A stretch of 64,000 nucleotides of DNA from Nitrosopumilus sp. Lineage in GTDB: Archaea > Thermoproteota > Nitrososphaeria > Nitrososphaerales > Nitrosopumilaceae. Positions 39,801-49,569 of the stretch are shown piece by piece. Positions within the stretch are counted from its first letter, which is position 1; each line of letters opens with the position of its first letter. The notes under the pieces were generated by a model. The model had not been told where the DNA came from. It made no database searches and worked only from the letters and a program-made list of their open reading frames with translations. The translations under genes and the position numbers were made by a program. The stretch lies in assembly GCA_965214775.1 (NCBI GenBank), contig OZ243974.1, positions 1 to 64,000 on the forward strand, written 5' to 3'.

Positions 39801-39853
39801 TTATAAATACATGAGGAAAAATAGGCATAGCTAAATAGGGAAAGCTAAATTTT
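39801..39853 (-). promoter_or_regulatory. sufB promoter: TATA box plus two tandem ATAG-N6-CTAA boxes
   Basis: ataggcatagctaa (39821-39834) and atagggaaagctaa (39835-39848); TATA at 39801-39808. Confidence 0.55.
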
Positions 39854-39967
39854 AGAAAAGGTTGTCATCAGGACAAGACAGGATCAGGATCACTGTTTTC
39901 TTTTCTGCAATCTGCCTTGCTCTAAAATTGGAAAAGCAAAAACAGCAAGAACGGCAAAGAACACCGG

Positions 39968-40070
39968 GGCATGTCAAAGGAATTGCCGGTGCGGACAGTA
40001 CACCATTTCTCAGGAAAGATCCCACAGGCGTTTCTGAGAGATTAGCGGCATGTCAAAGGAATTGCCGGTG
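39968..40070. repeat. 24-bp direct repeat separated by 55 bp
   Basis: ggcatgtcaaaggaattgccggtg at 39968 and 40047; partial third copy near 40086. Confidence 0.85.
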
Positions 40071-40528
40071 GCAGTATCGGCACTGTTGCCGGTGGCACAG
40101 TGACGATTAAAAGTTCTCAAATGCATGAGGCAAACTGCGCAGGAGACCTTTTTATTATCAAAGGCTTTCAATCTGAACCACAGTAGCAGCAGTAGCAATA
40201 GTATTAGCAGTAGTTTGTTGTTGTTTGTTGCTACAGGAGCAGGCGTATGGGCATGTAAACGCCCGGAGTTATACCTTAATTTTATCTCAAATCCAATCAT
40301 ACACTCAGACCAACCAAAGTCGGTAATTTCAGAGTCATCTCAAAAACAAGGATTCCAAACTCAGAAAACGTGATTTGATTTGGCAAAGATACAGGATGTG
40401 TATCGTCCAGATCTCAGTTCGAATAACTGCAAAATACAAGATAAGAAAATAATTGCACAGCTAGATGAATTATGCACAAGTCAAAGGGAGTTAAAAAGAT
40501 TTTTTAGTACAAAGTTAGTTAAAAAATC

Positions 40529-40873
40529 ATGTCCACAGCAACATTTGAACAATTAAAAAAGCAAGAGGCATCTAAAATCAGAGAAGCGGCAAAAAAAATA
40601 CAAGCTGCAAAGACGGAATTAAAAAAACTCAAAAAGGAATCTCAAAAGAAAATAAAGACTGCCAAAGTGGCAGAGCAAAAGCGGCGTAAGGAAGAAAAAA
40701 TCAGAGCAAAAGAAACGGCAAAAAAGCAGAAACTAGAAAAAAAGAACAAGATCAAACTGGCAAAAAAGCAGATGAGAGAGGCAAAGACCGCGGCAAAAAA
40801 AGAGGCAAAGACAAAAATCAAAAATGCAAAAAGAGTCCTAAAAGAAACCAAAAAGGGCAAGAAAAAGAACTGA
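40529..40873 (+). CDS. Very Lys/Ala-rich basic small protein (histone H1-like composition)
   Basis: 114 aa dominated by K/A/E; TATA-like elements upstream. Confidence 0.75.
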   Translation: MSTATFEQLKKQEASKIREAAKKIQAAKTELKKLKKESQKKIKTAKVAEQKRRKEEKIRAKETAKKQKLEKKNKIKLAKKQMREAKTAAKKEAKTKIKNAKRVLKETKKGKKKN

Positions 40874-41284
40874 GTTTTTTTAAACGGCATGGAAGAAAAT
40901 CCAAGGTTTTCATAAATTTCATGTCGCCTTATTTTTTCAGAAATTACGAGTCCAAATCAGAGTCAGGGATCTTTTCAACATGCCGAATAAAAATACCAGT
41001 CACGGACTTGTCACAAATATTGTAAGAGTTGTTTCGCATTCAAAACCAGGCTTGAGAAAATCGTCTGATTTTAACCCCAATGCACGCTTTGATTTTTTGG
41101 GTTTTTTTTCTCTCTCTCTCAAGACAAAAAAAGAGGTTACTTTACGTTTGATTCGTCTCCAGTAACAGCATTTCGAAGAAATCTTTTGAAATCAGAGATC
41201 AAAGACAAGACAACCTCATCAGGTTTTTTTTGGGATTTTTTCATCTCTCATCGTAATGGGTTAGCCCCTGCCTAGGCGGCAATC

Positions 41285-41375
41285 GTACGAGTTTACCCCT
41301 TAGGCTACACTGGTGTATGGAGCGTTCATGATCACGCCTGCCACGCCGTATCTCAGGTGAGGGGTAAACTCGTAC
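41285..41375. mobile_element. MITE family M1
   Basis: Perfect TIR gtacgagtttacccct; body similar to the 18055 copy. Confidence 0.9.
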
Positions 41376-41529
41376 CTATGCTGCTGCTGTGCAGGACTGC
41401 GTCTAGGAATTTCATAGTATTCATATGCCCTTTTACCTATCATTTGTCCTCCGTCAAAACAGGTCGCAGCTGTCACTGCATATCGTTTGGCCAGATCCTG
41501 TATTTTCGTCAAAAATTGATTCGGAAACA

Positions 41530-41778
41530 CTATTCGTCCAGGTCTACGTAAATTCCCGAGATTTCATTGTTGATTCTGTCCCAGTATTTTTCACAGCCAT
41601 CGGCTTTGAAGTCATTTGCTTTGCACTCATTAAAGTGAATGGTCGCATCTCTTTGCAAATTATCTGCATACAACACATCATCGGCCAAGAATATTGCAAG
41701 AATTCCAATTGCAGCCAAACTTCCTGCAACCACAATCATCGAATAGCCTACTTGCGCATGATTGTGAGGGTCCTTCAT
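41530..41778 (-). CDS. Small membrane-anchored hypothetical protein
   Basis: One TM segment and a Cys pair. Confidence 0.7.
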   Translation of the reverse strand: MKDPHNHAQVGYSMIVVAGSLAAIGILAIFLADDVLYADNLQRDATIHFNECKANDFKADGCEKYWDRINNEISGIYVDLDE

Positions 41779-42010
41779 TTACATGCAATCCATTGTCCTT
41801 GAATTTAATCTTTTCACGAAACTGTGAAGTTAACGGGCGCTAATTCTCCTTGGGGAACATCGGGTGCAGGAGTCTGACTTTGCCGCACTCAGAATTATCG
41901 TCTTCTACTTGTTGTCCCCTTGAATCCTGATCCCTGCCCTGTAGGCAGGTGTGTCGCCGTCAAGGCCATAATGTGGGCATATGTAGTTGTGGCGGAGCTG
42001 CATTCCCCTA

Positions 42011-42141
42011 GAATTGATTCGAAATTAGCAGACGGATTATTTGTCAACGAATTTGCAGAACTGCTCAAAACACCGACAAAATACAAACTATCTGTGAAAT
42101 TACTTGAAAAATTCGCACGGTTTCTAATTTCGGATCATCTC
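42011..42141. mobile_element. MITE family M7 (ends shared with the ISL2-like element)
   Basis: gaattgattcgaaattag / ctaatttcggatcatctc; reverse complement aligns with 48581-48715. Confidence 0.8.
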
Positions 42142-42212
42142 TCAGAGACGACACATGGTGCAGGAGATAAGACATTACACTGCTGCTGGTCGCATGCACG
42201 CTTGTCATGGCA

Positions 42213-42300
42213 TAGCACGTACAGTTGAAAATCAGACATTTTTGTGCCAAAATAGGCACAACATGCCAAAATTATGTACCAATTTTTGATGTGTGTACTA
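42213..42300. mobile_element. MITE family M6
   Basis: 88 bp, TA ends; aligns with the reverse complement of 11522-11609. Confidence 0.75.
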
Positions 42301-42390
42301 TGGCCAGGAGAAATCTTGCAGGATACGGATTTGCCGACCCGCCGCCGTAGGATCTGGGTGATCTCTGGGGGCTTACATTTCCATCTACTG
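42301..42390 (+). mobile_element. Right-end remnant of an ISH3-family element
   Basis: Aligns with ~27855-27948 (NLAGYGFADPPP*, ttacatttccatctactg). Confidence 0.75.
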
Positions 42391-42429
42391 ATAACGAACT
42401 TTTTATAATTCACTGCCGTAATTTGAACA

Positions 42430-43137
42430 ATGCTTGATAAAAAATTCCTGATGTGTCTAGTCGCGCTGGTTTTGATTCCGGTGCTTGTTGTTGATGTTTT
42501 GGGGCATGGACTTGGCGTAGACAGAGCCCCCCATATTGATTTTGAAAACAGAGACGTTACCGTAATTACCAAAATGAATCCGTCAGATATGACAGTGGGG
42601 GATTTCTCAAACGCGTTTATGGAGGTAAGATTTGTCGAGGTGTTTGAAATTTTTTCAGACAAGAAGATCAAAGGCCACATATGTGTTGAAAAGATCGGAG
42701 GTTATTCGTGCAAATATGACGTTCCAATCAAACAAACAACATTTGCCGTTGAAGTGTTCAAGGAGGAAGCGTTGCTTGCACGGCAGAATTTCTATGCCGA
42801 AGACGGGATCTTGACAGTCGATATCAGGCCAAACAACAGTTGCAGCATCAAAGAAGAGAACCCATGGATGTGTACAAAGTATTTTGGCACTGAGCATCCC
42901 CTAGTCGTTAATGCCCTTTACACGTTTGGTCAAAACAACCCCGTAATTGACGGGGCCATCTTCACGGAGGGCGGCATGTACGAAATCACAGTAAAGGTTC
43001 TCGGTGCAGAAAGTCCAAGATCCAACTTGAAGGATCCCCTGGTGTTTGATTTGTATATTTCCATTGCCCAAGAGCAGTTATTTTGGCTGAACCCCGAGAC
43101 GGGCCAAGTTTTTGACAGCCCAAAAGCCGTTTTTTGA
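42430..43137 (+). CDS. Secreted protein resembling the N-terminal domain of thaumarchaeal exported (PEFG-CTERM-type) proteins
   Basis: Signal peptide then HGLGVDRAP; GAIFTEGGMYEI.V; no C-terminal anchor. Confidence 0.7.
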   Translation: MLDKKFLMCLVALVLIPVLVVDVLGHGLGVDRAPHIDFENRDVTVITKMNPSDMTVGDFSNAFMEVRFVEVFEIFSDKKIKGHICVEKIGGYSCKYDVPIKQTTFAVEVFKEEALLARQNFYAEDGILTVDIRPNNSCSIKEENPWMCTKYFGTEHPLVVNALYTFGQNNPVIDGAIFTEGGMYEITVKVLGAESPRSNLKDPLVFDLYISIAQEQLFWLNPETGQVFDSPKAVF

Positions 43138-43172
43138 GAAAAAAAGAAAAGGCAGAGGATGAAAACAGTATT

Positions 43173-43676
43173 GTGAGCATCCAGATTCTCCAATACGAGT
43201 TCATGGGGCCCATCCCTTTGGACGAGTGGGGCCCGCCTATGGAAAGACTCGTCTATTTGATCCTGGCACGGGAGAAGGACAAATTCAGCATCGTGTATGC
43301 AGGCGACTGCCAGAAAACCGAAGACAGGGCCTTTTTTGTCCAGCATCCCCAATTCAAATGCTGGGCAGACCACCGCCAAACCGGTTCTGAAAAATCATTG
43401 CACCTTGCAATACTGCCAATGTTTGATTCAACGCCAGAATACAGGCAAAACGTATTGCAGAGAATCATCGCCCACTACAGGCCAAAATGCAACGCATCAG
43501 AAATCAAGGAAGAAATGCCAAGCTATGCCGTAAGAAAGGCCAAGGCCCCCCCTGAAACTCAAAAGTTTAGCTGCCCCTGTTGCGGCTCGGAGATGAATCC
43601 CGAGCAAATTTTAGAAAAGTCCACGGTATACAGGTGCAGCAGTTGCGGGATAAGCGACACCCGACTCAACTCCTGA
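43173..43676 (+). CDS. Hypothetical protein, GIY-YIG-like N-domain plus Zn ribbon
   Basis: LVYLIL...IVYAG spacing; CPCC..CSSC. Fold assignment tentative. Confidence 0.7.
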   Translation: MSIQILQYEFMGPIPLDEWGPPMERLVYLILAREKDKFSIVYAGDCQKTEDRAFFVQHPQFKCWADHRQTGSEKSLHLAILPMFDSTPEYRQNVLQRIIAHYRPKCNASEIKEEMPSYAVRKAKAPPETQKFSCPCCGSEMNPEQILEKSTVYRCSSCGISDTRLNS

Positions 43677-43899
43677 CCTTGTTTTGAACGTCAAACAGCT
43701 GCAAAGTCAGCAAGTCGATCGCCTTTTTCAAATGTTGAAACTCATTGACCGAATGGATTTGTCCCTCCACCAGAGATCTCATGACTTTGATGGAGTTTTT
43801 TTGAAAGTCGTCTGATGCTACTATCTCCATTGCGTTAATCTTAGATAGCATGTTGTCCAACTCCCTTATCATTTCCTCAGAAGGCTTGTGCTTGTCCAT
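43666..43899 (-). CDS. Small coiled-coil hypothetical protein
   Basis: Intact ATG ORF with TATA-like element upstream. Confidence 0.75.
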   Translation of the reverse strand: MDKHKPSEEMIRELDNMLSKINAMEIVASDDFQKNSIKVMRSLVEGQIHSVNEFQHLKKAIDLLTLQLFDVQNKVRS

Positions 43900-44119
43900 G
43901 ATCTTTGAAGGTTGTTTTGATATATGAACTGTTATAGCAGATCCTCGTCAATTTCCATAATGGGATCGACGTATTGCTGACAGGTACACGTGGGAATTTG
44001 ACACCTTCCAGCCCTGATCAACGAGTTGCTTTGAGGGTTTTCTGCGTGCGCCTCGTCAGTATGATGACATCTTTTGCAGTTCATGTTTGAAATCTGCCTG
44101 CCTGTTATTTAATCCAAGG

Positions 44120-45154
44120 TCAAGGCATCAAAACTGCCCTGGCTTCTATTTCTGAATCTTTCAGGCTCTTTAGAACCTTGTTTGCCTGCTCCAGCGGAAA
44201 CGCCTGTGATACCACCTCGATGTTTTTCTCGTCGCAGATTCGGATTACCTGCTCCATGTCTTTTGTCGAGCCAATCAGGGTTCCCCTGATCGTCTTTTCT
44301 TCAAAGGCCATGAACCGTGGATTCTTCCCAACCGTGGCAATTACGATCAGGCCTCCTTTTTTTACCGATTTTATCGCAGTGTCCGTAACGATGTCTGCAG
44401 GTGCAAACACGATTGCCGCATCTAGCAATCCGTGCCTTTCTTTGAGCCGGCCCAAAAACCCCTCCTGATCCTCAGAAAACTCCATCGCATCAATTGCTCC
44501 GAGCCTCCTTGCAACCTCAAGATGACTTTGAGCCCTTGAAAATGCAACTACTCTGCACTTTTCTATTCTGGCAAATTGAACTGCCATATGGCCCACTCCC
44601 CCGATTCCAAAGATTCCCATCTTTTTTCCCGACTCGGGTTCGGCGGCCCTTACTGCCTTGTATGCAGTAATTCCTGCACAAAACAACGGTGCTGCATATT
44701 CTGGTTTCATTGTTTCTGGAACTTTGGTTGCAAAGTCTTCTATCACGGTAATGTATTCAGTGTACCCTCCCTTGAAAGATTCGCCTGTAATTGTTGATGA
44801 CTCACAGAGGTATTCCTTTCCTTCCTTGCAGTACTGGCATTCTTTGCATGCCTCCAAAAGCGGGGTAATCCCTGCCCTGTCTCCTACTTTGAACTTGGTG
44901 ACGTCATCTCCGACCTCGACTACTTTTCCGACTATCTCGTGACCCGGGACGGTTGGAAGAGAGGGGGGTATTCCGATGTCCCTCCAATCCCCCTCTATTC
45001 CGTGCAACTGCGAATGGCAGACACCGCAAGCCTCAATCTGAATTAGAATTTCATTTGGTCTTTGAATTTCATGCCTGTCAATCTCCGATAGCTTGAGCGG
45101 ATTTGATTCGATTGGGGCACAGTTCTCAAGAACCATTGCCCTCATTTTCGCCAT
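44120..45154 (-). CDS. Zinc-dependent alcohol dehydrogenase (MDR family)
   Basis: CGVCHS, PGHEIVG, C..C..C.......C, CAGITAY, GIGGVG. Confidence 0.95.
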   Translation of the reverse strand: MAKMRAMVLENCAPIESNPLKLSEIDRHEIQRPNEILIQIEACGVCHSQLHGIEGDWRDIGIPPSLPTVPGHEIVGKVVEVGDDVTKFKVGDRAGITPLLEACKECQYCKEGKEYLCESSTITGESFKGGYTEYITVIEDFATKVPETMKPEYAAPLFCAGITAYKAVRAAEPESGKKMGIFGIGGVGHMAVQFARIEKCRVVAFSRAQSHLEVARRLGAIDAMEFSEDQEGFLGRLKERHGLLDAAIVFAPADIVTDTAIKSVKKGGLIVIATVGKNPRFMAFEEKTIRGTLIGSTKDMEQVIRICDEKNIEVVSQAFPLEQANKVLKSLKDSEIEARAVLMP

Positions 45155-45252
45155 GACTTGGTAAGACATGCAAGGGAATTTTAAGATATGCCAGGAACGC
45201 CTAAAATCAACCGGACGTATGAAGATGCTCGGACTTTGAGATGCTGCTTACC

Positions 45253-45382
45253 GGGGTTGTCGCCTAATTCATCAGAATTTCTGAAAAACATACGATGTCA
45301 TCCGAACCTAGGAGTGCAGGAGGAGTGGAGGTTCAGGAAAACGTGTAGATTGATCCAAGCAGGTGAATTAGGCGGCAACCCC
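45253..45382. mobile_element. MITE family M3
   Basis: 130 bp; 9-bp TSD ctgcttacc/ctgcctacc. Confidence 0.88.
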
Positions 45383-45620
45383 CTGCCTACCACCACTGCG
45401 GCCTCCTAGCATGAGGATGGTGGTGGTGTATGTATGTATGTGCGGCGTCAGTCTTCCAAACAACAGGCCGCCTCATACGCAGAGTGAATTCTTCTTCCTC
45501 TTTGCGTCATGCCACAATATACGTTAAAATCACGTTTAATCATGACCTTCATAGTTTGCATCCGGTGATGACAATTCACATACACATTAGAAAGATAAAG
45601 GGCCTCTGCAAACTCTGACT

Positions 45621-45854
45621 GTGGTCAAAATTACCGACGAAGACAGGGAACGAGTCGAACTGCTTGCCCGGGTTTCAAGCTCAAAAAACGAGTTCAAAAA
45701 AATGACTGTGGCCGAGCTCAAACGACTTGTGGATCTAGTTGAAAAGAAGGATTACAGTCATGACAAAAAGGCACGCAGATCCAAAGTCAAGCTGCTGGGA
45801 AGGATCAATGTCAGAATTTATGAACTAGAAGAGGGAAAGGGAATCTGGAGTTAG
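45621..45854 (+). CDS. Small basic hypothetical protein
   Basis: GTG-start ORF ending 2 bp before the UspA gene. Confidence 0.72.
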   Translation: MVKITDEDRERVELLARVSSSKNEFKKMTVAELKRLVDLVEKKDYSHDKKARRSKVKLLGRINVRIYELEEGKGIWS

Positions 45855-45856
45855 AC

Positions 45857-46297
45857 ATGGCCGGAGCAGTCTTTGAACACATTTTGGTTCCCCATAACGG
45901 AACAGATGGCAGTGAAAAGTCCTTCAAAAAGGCAATTTCTTTGGCATCCTCAATGGACTGCAAGATAACCGTTCTAACGTGCATAGAAGAACGCCAGACT
46001 TTTGGCTTTTTCAAGACAAAAGCAGACAGGCAAGAGTTTGAAAAAGAACGCAAACTAGTTGAAAAACAGCATCAAAGACTGGAGAAAATCTGCAAGGACA
46101 GGGAGATTCAATTTACCTCAGCAATTACAAAAAACGGGCTTGCATCAGAGAGAATCATCGATTATGCAAAGAAGCATCATGTTGATCTGATCATAACAAA
46201 AAGAACCAAAATGACATCATCATATGAAAAACATGCATACCACAGTACCGTAGAGAACATGTTCAGGCTTGCATCTTGCCCGATTCTGATTTTGTAG
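45857..46297 (+). CDS. Universal stress protein (UspA family)
   Basis: HILVPHNGTDGS, IIDYA....DLII, CPILIL. Confidence 0.9.
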   Translation: MAGAVFEHILVPHNGTDGSEKSFKKAISLASSMDCKITVLTCIEERQTFGFFKTKADRQEFEKERKLVEKQHQRLEKICKDREIQFTSAITKNGLASERIIDYAKKHHVDLIITKRTKMTSSYEKHAYHSTVENMFRLASCPILIL

Positions 46298-46384
46298 TAT
46301 GTCTGAGCTTGCTCAAAATGCAAAGACGGCGGAATCTTACGGGGCAGCAGCAGCAGCCTGTGAATTCGGATTTATCCTGATGAT

Positions 46385-46506
46385 CAGTCTTTCCAGAAGT
46401 AACCAGATTAATGGCCGTGCAGACGGTGACGTACGGATCTGCAGGCAGCCCAGCCTGAATTGTTTCGAGTTTGGAGCCGTCTTGTGGGGAACTTCTGGGA
46501 AGACTG
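46385..46506. mobile_element. MITE family M4
   Basis: Aligns with 14514-14634; flanks atgat/atggt. Confidence 0.85.
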
Positions 46507-46549
46507 ATGGTGGATAAAAGAAGAAATATCCGAGAGTTTTAGCACACAC

Positions 46550-46846
46550 ATGGCATCGCCAATAATAATTCCAATTGTAATTGTTGCGATTGTGGGACTG
46601 TCCGGGTACCTGGTTTACAAATTTGTAATTTATGACCTGATGTGCAAAAAGGCAGTAAACCGGGCATTAAAAAAATACAACATCAAAAAATCCCCCTCGG
46701 AGATCATTCGAGAATACCACCAAAGCAAGGGAAGCAGCATCTCCCATAAGGAGGTAAGAACCCTGGAAAAAACCTACAGGCAAAACGGCCCAGACGAGTT
46801 TCTCAGCATGTATGATGCGATACGCGACTCTGAACACAAAAAATAG
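46550..46846 (+). CDS. Membrane-anchored hypothetical protein
   Basis: N-terminal TM helix. Confidence 0.78.
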   Translation: MASPIIIPIVIVAIVGLSGYLVYKFVIYDLMCKKAVNRALKKYNIKKSPSEIIREYHQSKGSSISHKEVRTLEKTYRQNGPDEFLSMYDAIRDSEHKK

Positions 46847-46847
46847 C

Positions 46848-47717
46848 CTACTGGCCGGTGGTCGGAATCTGAATGAACGGCGTTCCGCCATCTCCCCCTA
46901 CCACCAGCGGGAGCTTTCCGTCCCAGGCCTGGGTTTTAAGCCATTCAAGGTAGTTCGGATTCTCTGCTAGTGCCTTGTTGATGATGGCAATGGCCTCTGC
47001 CTCGCCTTTTGCCTCTGCAATGTTTGCGTTTGCAACGCCTATTGCGTTTGCCTCCCTCTGTTTGGCCTCAACTTCAATCCTGAGCAGATCGTTTTCTGCC
47101 TTGAGGGCTTTTTGTTCTGCCTCCACCTTGGCCTCGATTGCCTGTGCAAACAATGGCGAGAACTCAAAATCTGTAATGGAGATGACTTCGGTGACCACTT
47201 CAAACTGATTAAGCCTTTCGCGAATCGACGACTCGATGTCTTGCTTTACCAGCGGCCGCTTTGTGATCAGCTCTTCGGCGTTATAGTTTGCAGTTACCTG
47301 CTTTACTGTCTCCTCAATTGCAGGCTGAATAACCCTGTTCTCGTAATCCAGTCCCAGGTTCTTGTATAGTCTGTGGACTGATTCCTTGTCCGGGTGGTAG
47401 TTTACTGTCACAGTCGTCTCTACGGTTTGCAGGTCTTTGGATGCACTCCTAGTATTTTTCTCGTATTTCAGAGTGCGGACTTCAATGTCCACCACTTCGT
47501 CCTGGAATGGAACCACAAAGTGCAGGCCTTCATCTAGTGGCGGCTGGGTCAAATCAACTGCGTTCCAATGAAGCAGAACGCCTCTGTGGCCTGCATCTAC
47601 AATTTTTACAGACGCAAAAGCAACAACGCCAATAATGATTAAAACGATGATTCCTATTGCAACCCCTTTTGCGGCATTCATGTTAACGCTGACTTTGGGC
47701 GACTGGTATTTTGACAA
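46848..47717 (-). CDS. Prohibitin/SPFH (band 7) family protein
   Basis: EGLHFVVP, SKDLQ, AEELITKR, AIEAKVEAEQ, WDGKLP. Confidence 0.95.
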   Translation of the reverse strand: MSKYQSPKVSVNMNAAKGVAIGIIVLIIIGVVAFASVKIVDAGHRGVLLHWNAVDLTQPPLDEGLHFVVPFQDEVVDIEVRTLKYEKNTRSASKDLQTVETTVTVNYHPDKESVHRLYKNLGLDYENRVIQPAIEETVKQVTANYNAEELITKRPLVKQDIESSIRERLNQFEVVTEVISITDFEFSPLFAQAIEAKVEAEQKALKAENDLLRIEVEAKQREANAIGVANANIAEAKGEAEAIAIINKALAENPNYLEWLKTQAWDGKLPLVVGGDGGTPFIQIPTTGQ

Positions 47718-47766
47718 CTGTTTCTGATTCGTACACCTTATTATTATACCATTGCAAGGCTTCGGC

Positions 47767-47903
47767 GCAAGAGTTTACCCCTCAGGCGGCACCACTGACT
47801 GGAGTCTCCCACATCAAACCGTTCCCTGCACGGGCCGCTGCGAGTGTGCGTTGTTCAGTCAGACGCAGTATTCACTAGGCGTCACATCGCTTTATACTCT
47901 TAC
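47767..47903. mobile_element. IS66-type end / degenerate M1-related MITE
   Basis: gcaagagtttacccctcaggcg matches the IS66 right end; other end tatactcttac. Confidence 0.6.
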
Positions 47904-47964
47904 GCCTAGAGTGGTTTTGGGCATACTGAAGAGATTTATTTTGTACCAGTACACGTAATGTAGT

Positions 47965-48420
47965 ATGACTGATCCGAATTTTTCTTGGATTTACTTGCTG
48001 ATCTTCCTTGCCATTCCTTTAGCTAGAATAATCCCCCGGATTCTTGCAAGATACAGGGGAGAGGAACGCCGCTCTCCGGATCAGCATGCAAGACGTTTTG
48101 GCGAGTCTGGACAAACTGAATCCGTCCAGTCCTTTACAAAAAGAGAACCTCAAGAACATCCTTCTTCTTCTCATTCTTCTTCTCATTCTTCTTCTCCCCC
48201 TCCTACCAGAGAGAAACAGGTTCTAGGGAAACTGCATCAGGGCATAAACACCTTTGAGAAACTCCAGAAAAACACGGGTTTTGACTCGCATATGCTAGAT
48301 TCAATCTTGGAAGATCTGGAAAAAAAGGGTCTGATGAAGATAGTGGAAAAACGCGGGATGTTCGGTCCCAGAGTGGAACTGTATTCGACTGACAAGGGAT
48401 TCAGGGAGTACTATTCGTAA
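47965..48420 (+). CDS. Membrane-anchored protein with C-terminal winged helix
   Basis: N-terminal TM; LEDLEKKGLMKI..GMFG..VELY.T.KG. Confidence 0.78.
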   Translation: MTDPNFSWIYLLIFLAIPLARIIPRILARYRGEERRSPDQHARRFGESGQTESVQSFTKREPQEHPSSSHSSSHSSSPPPTREKQVLGKLHQGINTFEKLQKNTGFDSHMLDSILEDLEKKGLMKIVEKRGMFGPRVELYSTDKGFREYYS

Positions 48421-48580
48421 TCGGCGACTGCCTATTTCAAACAAAGTATCTCTCAGCCCAAAGTTTGATTTTTGCAGTATATCGCGTATGCAAGGCGGTT
48501 TGTGACATCATTCTAGATGCAGTTTGCATCCAAGTCATCCTGTTTGAAACCAAGACCGGGCCTGAGTCTCAATCCACTTA

Positions 48581-48715
48581 GAGATGATCCGAAATTAGAA
48601 GCCATGTAAATTTTTCAAGTAATTTCACAGATAACTTGCATTTTGTTGATGTATTGAGATGCTTTATGCAGATTCCTTCACAAATAATCGGAATCTGCCA
48701 ATTAAGAATCGCTTC
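48581..48715. mobile_element. MITE family M7
   Basis: gagatgatccgaaattag start; aligns with the reverse complement of 42011-42141. Confidence 0.75.
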
Positions 48716-48918
48716 TCATCCCCTGGATGCGATATGGGGACATGATCATCAGGATCCCGGCAGGCAGTGCCGCCCGGGGGCAATCTCCCATCATCAATGA
48801 TCCTTGGCCCTCTTGGCCGGGGATCCGCTGATCACCCTGGTGATTTTTTGTCAAATTTCAAATTTCAGGCAGGATTATGCAGCAAGACAGAATGCCTGAA
48901 GGATGGCCGGTCAGACCG

Positions 48919-48981
48919 TAGTGCGCACAGTTGAAAATCAAACACTTGTGTCAAAACAGGCACGATGTGGCAAAATCATGT
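48919..48981. mobile_element. Partial MITE family M6
   Basis: tagtgcgcacagttgaaaatcaaacac... Confidence 0.7.
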
Positions 48982-49235
48982 TTGATTTTCCAGTCACTTT
49001 CCTAGATCTTGCTCTGGGGACTCGTCTGGATCCTGAGCTTGGTTTGTCAGATTTTGAAGGCTTTGAAGACTTTTGGCACGATTACACATAAGGTCTTCTA
49101 TTCTCGAAGGTTATCTACTGCCGGTAGGAATATCTGATCATGAAATACTTCAGGAACTTTTTGCCCGTCAGTATGGGCGATCACAGAAACCTACCATTTT
49201 GCTGTATTCTCAGGCCGCAATCGGAATTGCTGACC

Positions 49236-49507
49236 TTACTCAATCTCCAAATACATCCTTATCTGATCAATCATCCTGGGGTTCAAGCTCACCTCTAGTC
49301 CATATCCGGTTGGTTTTGAGAGAATCAGACCCTCTTTAATCAACTCCTCGCCCATCTTGCCTACACCCTCTTTGAGCCCTGTTTTCCCATATCCCTTTGT
49401 GTGAATCCTTTTTTGAGATTTTCAAACGAGGTGTGGCTTGCACCCCACTTTCCATGTCTGTAGAGCTTGCGAATGATTCTAGGCTTGATCCCTTCGTTTG
49501 ATAACAT
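49236..49507 (-). pseudogene. Frameshifted ~89-aa basic protein gene, missed by the ORF track
   Basis: Removing 2 bp at gggtgtag (~49361-49368) gives MLSNEGIKPRIIRKLYRHGKWGASHTSFENLKKGF...ELIKEGLILSKPTGYGLEVSLNPR...EIE*. Confidence 0.65.
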
Positions 49508-49569
49508 ATGTACACTTATAGTACCTTTGGTAGCTTATATTTAAATACGTTTGAGGTACCAGTAATTCC

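Noticed and set aside
43922-44086. Additional MITE (atgaactg...cagttcat)
   Set aside because: The inverted repeat is short, single-copy, and has no convincing TSD.
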